Assembly: GCA_963813025.1 (NCBI GenBank)
Contig: CAWEXO010000003.1
Span: 4,413 to 68,412 of the forward strand
DNA from: an uncultured Verrucomicrobiae bacterium
Lineage (GTDB): Bacteria; Verrucomicrobiota; Verrucomicrobiia; Chthoniobacterales; JAFAMB01
Reading direction: 5' to 3'
Length of the DNA stretch: 64,000 nucleotides
Shown here: positions 30,213-42,536 of the stretch, in pieces
How positions within the stretch are numbered: position 1 is the first letter of the stretch
Layout: each line of letters starts with the position of its first letter
Translations under genes and position numbers: made by a program
Notes under the pieces: generated by a model
The model's database searches: none
What the model was told of the DNA's origin: nothing
The model's input: only the letters and a program-made list of their open reading frames with translations

Positions 30213-32085
30213 CCTTAAGGAAGCGTGATTTAACCGCATGAGGGGACAAAAAAGCTCGAAATGCGCTTCGATGCTTGGTTTGCTGGGAAGTGCAAAGCTA
30301 ACCAGACCAAGGAAGAAAGGCATTTCGAGTGAGTAGAAGTTATCCGAAGATCCTGCGTAATCGCAAGCGCCGAATCGAACGTCGTTTGGATCCTGAGCGG
30401 CGATGGAGTGAACAGCCGACACCGATGCTGAGTGCCAGCAACATCCATTTTGAGATGGCTGAACGTAACCGGGCGGTAAACTACGGCGGTATTGGCGCGA
30501 TCCATCTAATGGGGCAGCGGCTAGGATTAGCCGAGGAGATCGATGGGCGGGTGCAGCTTCTCAAACGGCATTTGCCCTATCACGAAAGCGATCATGTGTT
30601 GAACCTGGCCTACAATGCACTGTTGGATGGCCAACGGCTGGAAGATATCGAGTTGCGGCGCAACGATGAAGCTTTCCTGGAGGGTCTGGGCGCGCAACGT
30701 ATCCCTGATCCGACTACCAGCGGAGATTTCACCCGGCGCTTTGACCAAGGCTCGATTCTGGATTTGCTGGAAGCCATCAACACGACTCGGCAGCGGGTGT
30801 GGAAAAAGCAGCCTCGGGCTTTTCTTGCCCAAGCCTTTCTTGATATCGATGGCACAATGGCTCCGACTTTAGGGGCGTGCAAAGGCGGAGTAGGGCTTTC
30901 CTACAAAGGCATCTGGGGTTATGCGCCCTTGATTGTCTCGTTGGCAAACACCCGAGAAGTGCTTTATCTGGTTAATCGGCCGGGCAACGTCGTCAGCCAT
31001 GAAGGATGTGTGCCATGGATTGAGCGGGCCATCGAGTTGGTGCGCCCCCATGCCGGTGAGATCACGCTGCGCGGGGACAGCGATTTTACGCTCAGCGCCG
31101 AGTTAGATCGCTGGGATAGCCAAGGGATCAAATTTCTCTTTGGCATGGATGCTCATCAGAAAGTAGTGCAACTGGCCGAAGCCTTGCCGGAAGCAGGCTG
31201 GCAGCCGCTGGAACGCTTGGCTCGCTATGAAATTGCCACTGAGCCGCGACGTAAGCCCCTTCGGGTCAAGGAGGCAATTGTGCGGTTTAAGGGGTACTTG
31301 AACAAAAAGTTGGTGGGCGAAAGCGTGGCCGAGTTTAATTATCAGCCACTCAAATGCGGACGCAGCTATCGGCTGGTGGTGATGCGCAAAAACATCAGCC
31401 TCCAGAAAGGGGAAACGGTGCTCTTGGAAGAGATTAGATACTTCTTCTATCTCACCAACCACACCAATTATCGGGCCCAAGAGATCGTGGCGCTGGCCAA
31501 CCAGCGGTGTGACCAGGAGAATGTGATCGAGCAACTCAAAAATGGGGTTAACGCCATGCGCATGCCGGTAGACGATCTCCTCAGTAATTGGGCTTACATG
31601 GTCATCAGTGCCCTGGCCTGGAATCTCAAATCCTGGTATGGACTGCTTATGCCCAATCGGCAAAGGGGGCTGGAGCTAGTCCAGATGGAGTTCCGGCGCT
31701 TCCTGCATGCCATTGTGTTGTTGCCGGCACAGATCGTGCGCAGCGGTCGGAGGATCATTTATCGGATCATGGGTTACAACAGTTGGCTAAAAGACTTCTT
31801 CGCTGCCTGGGAAAATCTTCGGCGGATGGCACCTGCCTGAAGCAGGCCTATTGACGATACTCTAGGCGGAACGCTCAAATTTCCAAGGCAGAGCTATGCC
31901 CTGGCGAGGCATGTATCGGCGCCCAAAATCGCACTAACTCCAAAAACTTTCATTGTTTTGGCCTGAGAAAAGCAAACCTGGGCCTTCGGTCGCCAGAACC
32001 AACCGGATTTGCACCATTTTCTAAGAATTTGCCTGGCCGAACGGGAAGTTCGTCGCGTCGCATTCGGAACTCGCTTATTTTGAGA
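30213..32085 (+). mobile_element. IS1380-family element
   Basis: Starts CCTTAAGGAAGCGTG, ends CTCGCTTATTTTGAGA (imperfect IR); duplication (a)ctaga at 30207-30212 and 32085-32090. Confidence 0.9.
30329..31840 (+). CDS. IS1380-family DDE transposase
   Basis: PDPTT, LDIDGT, GYAPL, LRGDSDF, RCDQENVIEQLK; intact 503 aa. Confidence 0.93.
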   Translation: MSRSYPKILRNRKRRIERRLDPERRWSEQPTPMLSASNIHFEMAERNRAVNYGGIGAIHLMGQRLGLAEEIDGRVQLLKRHLPYHESDHVLNLAYNALLDGQRLEDIELRRNDEAFLEGLGAQRIPDPTTSGDFTRRFDQGSILDLLEAINTTRQRVWKKQPRAFLAQAFLDIDGTMAPTLGACKGGVGLSYKGIWGYAPLIVSLANTREVLYLVNRPGNVVSHEGCVPWIERAIELVRPHAGEITLRGDSDFTLSAELDRWDSQGIKFLFGMDAHQKVVQLAEALPEAGWQPLERLARYEIATEPRRKPLRVKEAIVRFKGYLNKKLVGESVAEFNYQPLKCGRSYRLVVMRKNISLQKGETVLLEEIRYFFYLTNHTNYRAQEIVALANQRCDQENVIEQLKNGVNAMRMPVDDLLSNWAYMVISALAWNLKSWYGLLMPNRQRGLELVQMEFRRFLHAIVLLPAQIVRSGRRIIYRIMGYNSWLKDFFAAWENLRRMAPA

Positions 32086-32884
32086 CTAGATTTGGAGCAA
32101 GCCCTCGAGCAAAGCGGGGCGGCCCAAGCACGGTCGGCCCAAGTTCGCCTAGCCCTGCAGCGCCGAGCGCATCTGGCCAGCGTTTGTGGTGTCGATCTGA
32201 GTCAGTTGCCTGGCTTGAGCACCTTGGCGGTGGAAGTCATCATTTCGGAAACGGGTTTAGACATGACCTGTTGGAAAAGCGAAAAACACTTTTGCTCCTG
32301 GCTTAAACTCTGTCCGAACAATCGCATCAGCGGCGGCAAACTGCTCAGTTCCAGCCCCAGAAAAACCAAGAATCGCGCGGCGGCCATGTTCCGGCTGGCG
32401 GCCCAAGGAGCCATGCAAAGTAAGACGGCCATCGGCGCTTTTATCCGCCGCATCAAAGCCCGATTGGGGGCACCCACCGCCATCAACGCCGGAGCTCATA
32501 AACTGGCACGCTTGTTCTATCGCATGCTCAAGTTCGGAGCTGCCTATGTCGAGCAAGGGCAACTCTACTACGAGAAAAAATACAAAGACCGCCTACTTCA
32601 CAATCTCAGCCGACGAGCCAAAGAATTCGGACTCCAACTCACGCCTCTAGACCCAGCCACGGATTTAGTTTCTTAGGAGCTGTGGGGAGACCGTCTCATG
32701 CCACTGCCTGATCGCTCTTGAGCTCCTAATCGGTCGGCTTACCGCGAGTGATTGCCAATCTGGCCTGGTGATCGATTCGTTCTCTGGAACAGAAGTCTTC
32801 AGGCTGTCGGATCTGAACTCCTCCTCGAGCTGCTGGTCGTCTTGGGCCAGAGGGGAGCACCTCGAGAGAGTAGTGGTTTGGGCA

Positions 32885-33430
32885 GCCGTACGCGGCCAAA
32901 TCCGGTCGGAACCCCGGAGTCGAGTTCGGCGCCGGCAGGTCAGCCAGCAACGCTTCGTGAGCCAGATACGTCCGCTTCGAAAGGGCCTGCGCCAGCCGCA
33001 AACTGGCCGGCATCGCGGCACGCAGCTCCCCGTTGATGATTGGGCCCAACAGCGCCTCCAGCGCGGGCCCGATCCGCGCATCGTCCACCAGTTTATTCAG
33101 CTCCGCCGAAGCCCCCGGCGTGGCGTAGGAATAAAATTCGGACTCGATGGTCTCCGGCCGGATGCGGTCGGTCAGCGGCACCCATTTGGCATAGGTTCCC
33201 AGCTTGGCGGCGTCGGTCCTCGACCCGATCACGTGGCCAGGCGCATTATTGAAGTTGTAGTAGCCCGGCGCGAGCTCGTCACAGGTCAGCAGCACGTAGG
33301 GCCGCCCTGGCGCGTTGGCCGACTTCAGCATCGCGATCAGGTCGTGGCGACCGCCGTACAGCGCCCCGGCATCACCCGTCAACCATTGCTGGCCGCCGTT
33401 GTAGCCTAAGCTCACCACAGCCGCCCAGAT
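32885..33430 (-). pseudogene. GC-rich internal fragment of an unidentified gene
   Basis: Coding-like GC3 bias in ORF 32726-33418 up to ..DLAAYG; abrupt compositional edges; no recognised family. Confidence 0.4.
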
Positions 33431-33483
33431 CGACCTTCGTCAAAGCCAGGTTAGAGTGGGAGGTTAAATTGGGAAACAGGAAC

Positions 33484-33640
33484 ATGAGCAAAAAAAACTC
33501 TCTATCTATTTAAACGACCATCTGGCCGGATCCGTCGTCGCCCTGGAACTGGTCGATCATCTCGTCGAGACCTATAAAGGAAAGCCAATCGGGCAGTTCT
33601 TCAAAGATCTGCGCAAGGAAATCGAGGAGGATCAAGATGG
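33484..33640 (+). pseudogene. N-terminal fragment of a conserved helical hypothetical protein (YLNDHLAGS motif)
   Basis: CAGGA RBS, ATG, frameshift in an A8 run, then LSIYLNDHLAGSVVALELVDHL..EIEEDQ; truncated. Confidence 0.5.
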
Positions 33641-33914
33641 GAAGCAGGTGCCGTTTCCTAAATCCGATGTGGTGCAAAGCTCAGCGATCGTTAGACAGCT
33701 GCCGGTTTGGATTGGAGCAACGCCTGATATTCACGCTAGGCGTCCAGTAGCACGTCTAGGATGTATTCCAGGGTTGCATCTAAGCGGGAGTGAGTTGTCG
33801 CTGGGTCCGCCAGCGAGTGACCTTCCGGCAGCAGGAAAACTCGCAGAAGGTTGCGCTCTGCGTTCCGGGGCCAAGTCCGCTTAGTCGCCCAGGTGTCCCG
33901 GCTGTATTACGAAG

Positions 33915-34580
33915 AGCGCATTTTTTGGAGACAACCTTGAGGCCGCTGGAGGTCATTGGTGTGGCCTCTTGGAGCGCCACGTTGCGGTCGATGGTCGAGC
34001 AGATGCGCCCGATTTGGAAAGTTGCCGATTGCCAGGTAGTCCAGCTTTTGGCGGAGTGGGCGATCCTTCAGTCGAACAACACCACAATTATCTGATGACG
34101 CAATTGGCGAATTTGGTCCACGGGGAACCGCATTTTTTCCGGCACCTTGCCTGGTAGAGTCTAAAGATGCGGCCGACGTCCTCGCGCAGGACCCGCACCT
34201 TAGCAAAACGATGGCGCTGTTCGATCGGATTACCATGGCGCTAACTAGGTCGGGATTGACTCCGTCGAGCCCTCGCCGTTGTTCGTCGGCCTCGGGAGAC
34301 ATTTCTTGACCAAAAAACCCCAAAAAGCCCCGAAGCGAAAGGGGCGGTGGGTAACATTTGCCTTCGTTTTTACGAAAACCGACGGAGAACAGATAGATAA
34401 CTCGCTGGGCGCCCGGGTCTTCGGACTGGAATTGGCCCAATTAAAAAGTATTCCTCGAACAGTGGGAATTGCCGGCGGGAAGCGGAAACGCCAAGCCATT
34501 CTAGGGGCGTTGCGGGGGACGCTGGGTCAATGTGTTGATCACCGACGAATTTAGTGCAGAAGCACTCGTCAGGGCATGAG
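33915..34580 (+). pseudogene. 5'-truncated, frameshifted SorC/LsrR-type sugar-binding regulator
   Basis: AHFLETTL..VIGVASWSATL, GGVGDP, VGIAGGKRK..AILGALRG spread over several frames; HTH missing. Confidence 0.75.
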
Positions 34581-34734
34581 GGGCTGCAGTGCGCCAAATC
34601 TTGGGTTCGTTTTAGTCAAGCTGCTGGTTCCGTCCTCGCCGGGAACTTGGGAGTTGGCTGGTTTGAGGCGGAACTAGGCGTTAGGACGAGCTTTCCGAGA
34701 GCCTACAAAAGTTCGATCACTTAAACGGTTGCCA

Positions 34735-34818
34735 TTGACAACCAAGCGGCGTTCGTCTTTCAGTGACTTAGCGATGATATAACACAAAGTGCATATTTAT
34801 TCAGAAGATTGTTATTCA
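34735..34818 (+). promoter_or_regulatory. Promoter/operator upstream of the FGGY kinase
   Basis: TTGACA (34735), TATAAC (34778), TGCATATTTATTCA (34790-34803), second TTATTCA ending 34818. Confidence 0.5.
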
Positions 34819-34916
34819 CCCGTATGTTTATACATCACACTTAATTTACGCGCCGAATAGAGCGATCTCTTGCCAACTGATTTGAGAGAGGCGCTTTGAA
34901 AAGGAGCCCATTCTTT

Positions 34917-36390
34917 ATGAAAGTCATTCTTGCGCTGGACGCCGGGACTACCAACGTAAAGGCGATTTTGGTTGATCGCCAGGCCAACGTGCTAGCCCGA
35001 GTTCGGTACCTCTAGCGATCGACTTTCCCAAAAGCGGCTGGGTCGAACAGTCGGCCCAAGAAGTTTGGCGCGCCGCACGACAAGCGTTGGAAGACTGTTT
35101 GGCCCAGGGCGGCGGACATGAGGTGGTCGCGCTAGGGATTTCCAACCAGAGGGAAACCCTTGTGGCCTGGAACCGAGGGACGGGCGAGCCTGTGGCCCCG
35201 TGCATCGTCTGGCAGTGCCGTCGCAGCGCGGAAATCTGTCAGTCGCTGCGCCAAAAAGGCTTAGAGGAAACCATTCGAGCCAAGACCGGCCTGCAGGTCG
35301 ATCCCCTGTTTCCCGCGAGTAAAGTTCAGTGGCTACTGGAGAATCGTTCTGACGTCCGCAAGCTTGCGGAAGCGGGCGATCTTTGCCTGGGCACCGTGGA
35401 CGCGTGGCTCGTGTGGAACCTCACCGGCGGTAAACGGTTTGTGACTGATTTCAGCAATGCTTCCCGAACGCAGCTCTTTCAATCTTGCAAAGGGCGCGTG
35501 GGATCCAGAGTTGCTTACGCTTTTTGGGGTGCCGATGTCCGCCCTCCCAGAAGTGGTTGCCTCCAACGAGGCGCTGGGCGACGCCACTTTAGGTGGGGAC
35601 AAAGCGATCCCGATCTGCGGCATTTTGGGCGATTCCCACGCCGCGTTGCTCGGTCACGGCGTGCTCGCGCGGGGCAAAGTGAAGGCCACTTACGGCACCG
35701 GTTCATCGCTTATGACTCTCTGCGATAGCCCGCAGGGCGACGACAAGGGCATCTCGAGCACCATCGCTTGGAAATTTGACCGAATTCAATACGCCTACGA
35801 AGGAAATATTACCGTGACTGGCTCCGGGCTGTCTTGGGCATTGGCGCTTACTGGCTTCAAGGATTTAGAGCCGGCGGTTAAGCTTGCGACCGAACTGGAT
35901 GGCAACGGAGAGCGTCTATTTTGTGCCCGCCCTGGCCGGCTTGGGCGCGCCCCACTGGGACGAAAGGGCGCGCGGTGCGATCGTGGGTTTATCATTTGGC
36001 GCGCGAAAGGAACACGTGGTGCGCGCCGCCCTGGAGGCGATCGCTTTTCAGGTAAAGGACGTGTTTGACGCGATGCAGCAGGCGGCTGGCGCACGGCTGG
36101 AAGCGCTCTTGACCGATGGCGGGGCAAGCAAAAACGATTGGCTGATGCAATTCCAAGCCGACGTGATTGACCGGCCGGTCCTGCGCAGCCAAACGGCTGA
36201 GCTCTCTGGGCTGGGGGCGGCGTTTGCCGCCGGGCTGGGTTGCGGGTTTTGGTCCTCGACCGAGGAAGTCGCAAAGGTGGTGGCCTCGCACGACGAGTTT
36301 AATCCAAGGCTTGAGGAGAGCGATCGAAAGCGCCTCGTGCGCCGTTGGAATGGGGCGGTGGCTTCGGTTAAGTCGTACGGGTTAACCTGA
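34917..36390 (+). CDS. FGGY-family (glycerol kinase-like) sugar kinase, 3 apparent frameshifts
   Basis: AAGGAG RBS; LALDAGTTNVK, ISNQRET, VWQCRRS, TDFSNASRTQL, GDSHAAL, TYGTGS, VPALAGLGAPHWD, DGGAS; shifts near 35000, 35480, 35910. Confidence 0.85.
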
Positions 36391-36501
36391 TGGATGGGAT
36401 GCCAACTATTCGCCAAGGCACTCCGTTTCGCCCGGCCGCTCAGGCCAAGCCCTTGCGTAACCGCGGTTGGTGACAGAAGGGATCGGAGCAACTGTGCTAC
36501 C

Positions 36502-37508
36502 ATGATTAACCACGGCCCAGATCTCAGGCTCATAACCCGTGTCGCTCGACTCTACTATGAGGAAGGGCTAAACCAAATCGAGGTGGCCCGCCGACTCGGG
36601 ATCACGCAGGTGGCGGTGTCTCGCTTGCTAAAAAAAGCGCAGGAGCACGGAATCGTGCGAACAACGGTAGTCACGCCACCGGGAGCGTTTGCCGAACTGG
36701 AAGAGTTAATTGAGCGCAGGTTTGAGCTTGGCCAGGTAATTATCGGCGAAGCCACAAGCGATTCGGAGGATGCAGTTCGTGCCGCGATCGGCTCCGCCGC
36801 GGCGCAGTTTCTTGAATCCACCCTCAAAGCCGGAGAGGTAATCGGGATCTCGTCGTGGAGCGCGTCGCTCTTGTCGATGGTGGAGCACATGCATCCCCCG
36901 AGGAAATCCGCAAACTGCCTAGTGGTGCAAATATTGGGTGGGGTGGGCAACCCGGCTGCCGAACAACACGCCAATCGCCTAGCCGTTCGTTTGGGCGGGT
37001 TGGTACACGGCGACGTGCGGTTTTTGCCGGCCCCGGGTGTGGTGGGCTCTGCCAGAGCGGCCAAGGTTCTGTGTGCAAGATCCTTACGTGCGCGAGACCG
37101 TGGCACTCTTTGAAAAAGTCACCTTGGCGCTGGTGGGCGTCGGCGCCCTTGAACCCTCGGAATTTGTCGCCAGCAGCGGGAACACCTTTTCCCAGGGTGG
37201 AACTGGAAGCGCTGCAAAAGAATGGCGCTGTCGGAGACATCTGCTTGCGCTTCTATGACACCAATGGCCATGAGGTGAGGGGCACTCTGGATGGCCGCGT
37301 AATCGGGATGGAGCTGGAAAGCTTACGCCGGGTGCAGCGGTCGGTCGCGCTCTGCGGCGGCAAAAAGAAGTTCCCGGCGATCCTTGGCGCATTGCGCGGC
37401 AAATGGGTCAATACCCTGATCACGGACCAATACACGGCGCAACGGTTGGTCAAAGCACAACCTGCCAAAACTATCGCCGGTGTATCGGCGGTACCCAAGC
37501 CATCGTGA
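36502..37508 (+). CDS. SorC/DeoR(B. subtilis)/LsrR-family sugar-binding regulator, 2 apparent frameshifts
   Basis: VARLYYEEGLNQIEVARRLGI..VSRLL HTH; GAVGDIC, LITD; shifts near 37070 and 37195. Confidence 0.88.
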
Positions 37509-37670
37509 TAAGAAAAATGGTGGACGCCAACTGGAAAATGAACCTCACGCACGATGAGGCGAAACCTGATCTGGACAAGTTAGCCGAAGTCGGAGAGGGG
37601 GCGAGGTGCAAGATCGAGTCCCCGATTCACCGCGGCTACCCGACTAAAGCTAAATCAACACTCCCCCCCT

Positions 37671-38454
<784 letters not shown>

Positions 38455-38542
38455 GCGCATACCCTCGTTTCGCCTGGGTAACTTCCAACGAAAGCGGAGC
38501 GCACGTGTCCACAACGTTTTTTAAGTTTTTTACGCGTCCCAC

Positions 38543-38622
38543 TTGACAGGGAAACCAGATCTCACCTTAATCTGGATTATATAATAACGTAGTGAATTTT
38601 TATTCAACGTAACTTTTGTTCA
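38543..38622 (+). promoter_or_regulatory. Promoter/operator upstream of the transketolase operon
   Basis: TTGACA (38543), TATAAT (38580), palindrome TGAATTTTTATTCA (38593-38606), second TTGTTCA ending 38622. Confidence 0.55.
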
Positions 38623-38656
38623 GCTTGTCGCAACTCGATCCCTCAAAAAAAATTTT

Positions 38657-39490
38657 ATGCTGACTGAACGCGAGCTTCAGCGAAAGTCGGTCCAATACCG
38701 CAAAGCCCTGCTCCGGCTCATTAAAGCATGCGGGGCCGGCCATACCGGCGGCGATCTCTCCTGCCTCGACATCCTCAACGTGCTCTACAACCGCGTCCTG
38801 CGGGTCAGCCCGGAGACCTTTAAGAGCCCCGACCGCGACTACTACATCCAGAGCAAGGGTCACTGCGCCGAGGCGCTCTTTGTGGTGCTGGCCGATCGCG
38901 GCTTCTTTCCCGAAAAAGACCTTGAAACCTTAAATCGCTACGGCTCGCATTACATCGGCCACCCCACGCGCGACGTCAACGGGGTCGAGCAAAATACCGG
39001 TGCGCTCGGGCCACGGACTGGCGGTGGCCGTCGGGATTGCCTTGGCCGGGAAAATGGATCGTAAAGATTACCGGGTCTTTACACTGCTTGGGCGACGGCG
39101 AATTGGCCGAAGGCTCCAATTGGGAGGCGGCTATGATGGCGGCCCACTATCGACTGGATAACCTCATTGCCATCGTTGACCGCAACGGGCTGCAGATTAC
39201 CGGTTCGACCGAGGACGTCTGCCAACTATCGCCGCTGGATGAGAAGTTTGAAGCCTTCGGTTTTGCGGTACAGCGCTGCGACGGCAACGACGTCGGGGAG
39301 TTAGTTCGCGCGCTTTGAAGCGGTGCCCTTTCGGCCGGGCAAACCGAGTTTGGTGTTGGCCAAAACCCGCAAGGGCAAAGGCGTCAGCTTCATGGAGAAC
39401 GTCGCCAAGTGGCATCACGGGGTGCCCAATGATGATGAGTTTAGCCGGGCCATGGCCGAACTGGAGGCAGCGGAAGCCGCTGTTGCATGA
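38657..39490 (+). CDS. Transketolase N-terminal (TPP-binding) subunit, 3 apparent frameshifts
   Basis: GHTGGDLS, SKGH, GHP, TGALG, GDGELAEGSNWE, TRKGKGVSFME..WHH. Confidence 0.88.
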
Positions 39491-40435
39491 TGGAACAAGC
39501 GCAAGCAAATTTAGAGATTTTCGCGGCCGCGCTCCTGGAACTGGCGCGTCAGGATTCTGATCTTTTGGTGGTCACCAGCGATTCGCGGGGCTCGGCCAAG
39601 CTGGCCTCATTCGCTAAAGCCGCGCCGGGCCAGATCGTGGAAGTGGGCATCGCCGAACAAAACCTGGTGGGGGTGGCGGCGGGCCTCGCTGCGGCCGGCA
39701 AAAAGGTTTTTGCGGTATCCCCGGCATGCTTTCTCACGGCTCGATCCCTGGAGCAGATTAAGAATGACCTTTGCTATTCCGATCGGCCGGTTAGAGCGGT
39801 AGGCATTAGCGCGGGAGTTAGTTACGGCGCCCTGGGCACCACCCACCATTCGTTGCACGATTACGCTGCGCTGCGCGCGATCCACAACATTGTGATTGTT
39901 GCGCCGGCCGACAATTTTGAGACCCGGGAAGCGGTTCGGGCGGCCGCTCAATTGCCGAAACCAGCTTACCTGCGCTTTGGTAAGAAACGGATGCCGCACT
40001 TGCCGCGGGTAGAGCCTGATTTTGAACTGGGCAAAGCCTCATTGATCCGGCGAAGGCACAGACTTGAGTTTTCTGGCCTGCGGCGAGACGGTGGCTCTCG
40101 CCTTTGACGCGGCGGAATTGCTGGCAAAGGAGAGTATTCAGTGCCGGGTCTTAAGCCTGCATACGATTAAGCCGCTGGACCAAGCCGCGGTGCGGCGAGC
40201 CGCGGTCGAAACAGGGGGCTTAATCACGGTGGAGGAGCACAGCGTCAACGGCGGCTTAGGCGAAGCCTGCGCCGGATTGCTGCTCCAAGAAGGCATCATC
40301 CCTACGCGGTTCAAAATCGCAGGTTTCCCGGATGACCACACCGTAACGGGGAGCCAGGAGGAAATCTTCCGCCACTACGGCATCGATGGCCCGGGGCTCG
40401 CGGTCGCCGCTCGTAATCTTTTAGCAAAACGTTAA
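39487..40435 (+). CDS. Transketolase C-terminal subunit, 1 apparent frameshift
   Basis: ATGA overlap; EVGIAEQNLVG, GTTHHS, HTIKPLD, TVEEHSVNGGLG; shift near 40055. Confidence 0.88.
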
Positions 40436-40447
40436 CTGAGAATCGAC

Positions 40448-41463
40448 ATGGCCACTCCCCAGACAAACAAAGACGCCGCCGCAACGCAGACAGCGGCCGC
40501 CCCAGCCGCCCGGCCCGGAGCCTCATGGGCTAGTAAGCTCATTGGCGTGCAAGGCCCCCTAATCGGGCTGGTGGTGCTTTGCATCGTATTTTCCTTCGCG
40601 ACCAGCGCGTTCCTTTCGTTTCGAAACCTACTGAATGTTCTGGATCAGGTCACGGTGCTAGGGATCCTGTCGATCGGCATGACGGCGGTGATCGTGATCG
40701 GCGGCATCGATCTATCCGTAGGATCGATCCTGGCCTTTTCCATGATGATCCTGGGATGGCTGAGTCACGATTGTAATCTGCCGCTGATCGTTGCGATCGT
40801 AGTGGCTCTCCTGGTGGGTGCTCTGTGCGGTTGGGTCAATGGTTTGCTTGTTACCAGGGCCAAGCTGCCAGCCTTCATCGCCACCTTAAGCATGATGACC
40901 ATCGCTCGCGGCCTGGCGAACATCATCACTGACGGACGCCAGATCGTAGGTTATCCCGATTGGTTCGACAGCTTTGCTACCCTCCGTTATTTTGGATTTC
41001 TCTCTCTAACGGTCACGTTGGCCGTCGTGTTGGTCATCGCAAGTTGGATTTTCTTGCGTTACCGCGCGGCGGGCCGCGGGCCTTTACGCCATCGGCGGCA
41101 GCGCCGAGGTGGCGCGCCTGGCGGGGTATACGCGTTCGACAAATGACGACGTGGGTCTACGTGGCGTCCGGACTCCTTTCGGGCCTGGCGGGCATCGTTC
41201 TGGCAAGCCGGTTGGATTCTTCCCAGCCCAGTGCCGGCCTGGGTTACGAACTTGACGCAATCGCGGCCGTGGTCATCGGCGGCGCCAGTTTGAGCGGCGG
41301 CGTTGGCGGAATCGGCGGCACGGTGGTGGGCGTCCTGATCATCGGCGTGCTGCACAACGGCCTGAACTTGACGGGCGTTTCCCCCTTCATCCAGCAGGTG
41401 GTCATCGGCGTAGTGATCGCGCTGGCGGTCAGCTCCGATACGCTGCGCCGCCGAGCAGCTTGA
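40448..41463 (+). CDS. Sugar ABC permease, 2 apparent frameshifts
   Basis: [33 protein letters not shown]; shifts near 41080 and 41125. Confidence 0.88.
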
Positions 41464-41573
41464 TCATGACAAAAAACCAATACGTGTGCGTTGGGCCGCC
41501 AGTCTCTAAATTCTCATCCTAAAGAAAAACAAACCCTAAAAAAACCTAACCTTAGCATTTCCATTATACTAAT

Positions 41574-42514
41574 ATGTTCCTCCGAAAAGCATTCTTTGCC
41601 ACTGCCCTCACCGCTTCGAGTCTGTTGCTTAGCCCTGCAACCGGCTCAGCCCAGGAGAAAAAATTGGTCGGCTTGGCCGTTGCCAACTTGCAGGCGGATT
41701 TTTTCAATCAGATCAAGCAATCCGTGGACGCCGAAGCCAAGGCCAAAGGCGTTAACCTCATCGTGGTCGGATGCGAAAGGCGACGCGGCCACCCAAGTCG
41801 ACCAGATACAAGACCTGATCACCCGCGGGATCAAAGCGATAATCTACATCCCGGCGGGCGCCACGGCCGCGGGGGTCCCAGTAAAAGCGGCCAGAAAGGC
41901 CAATATTCCCGTCGTCAACGTGGATCGAAACGCCCCCGACGCGCCGGGCGATACCTTCATTGCGACAGACAGCGTTGCGGCGGCCAAAACGCTCGGGGAA
42001 CACGTTTGCAAGGTCACCGGCGGTAAAGCCAATATCGCCATCATTCAAGGCCAACTGGGCACCACGCCTGAAATGGATCGCGATAAAGGCTTTAACGAGG
42101 CGGTGGCCAACTGCCCCGGCATCAAGGTGGTGGCAAAGCAACCCAGCAAGGCGTGGATGCAAGATGAGGGCTTTGCGATAGCCCAGGACATGCTGCAGCG
42201 CTACCCCAACATCAGATACCTTTTTCGGCCGGGCGGACGCACTGGCCCTCGGGGCGGCTCATGCCGTGAAGGTGGCCAACGTGGGCCACAAGGTTTGGAT
42301 CTTCGGCTTTGACGGTGACGTGGCCGGACTCAAAGCCGTTCGTGATGGAACGCTGGATGCGACCATGACTCAGAAGACGCAGTATATGGGTAGGCTGGCG
42401 CTGGATTCGGCCCTGGACCTCATCGGCGGCAAGCAGCTGCCGAAGGAACAGCTGCAAGAGGCGGTCCTGACGACTAAGGAAAACGTGGGTACCTTTATCG
42501 ATAAACATCCCTAG
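41574..42514 (+). CDS. Sugar/polyol ABC substrate-binding protein, 2 apparent frameshifts
   Basis: Signal peptide, NLQADFF, NIPVVNVDR, FGFDG; shifts near 41768 and 42220. Confidence 0.85.
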
Positions 42515-42536
42515 ACAACAACAGGAACACAGCCGG

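Larger units (their letters stand above)
27987..32676 (+). mobile_element. IS110-family transposase gene interrupted by IS256 and IS1380 (segments 27987-28643, 30064-30212, 32091-32676)
   Basis: DEDD motifs GIDIG, VMEST, KSDVSD; C-terminal RISGG; joined segments give 1392 bp in one frame (463 aa). Confidence 0.93.
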
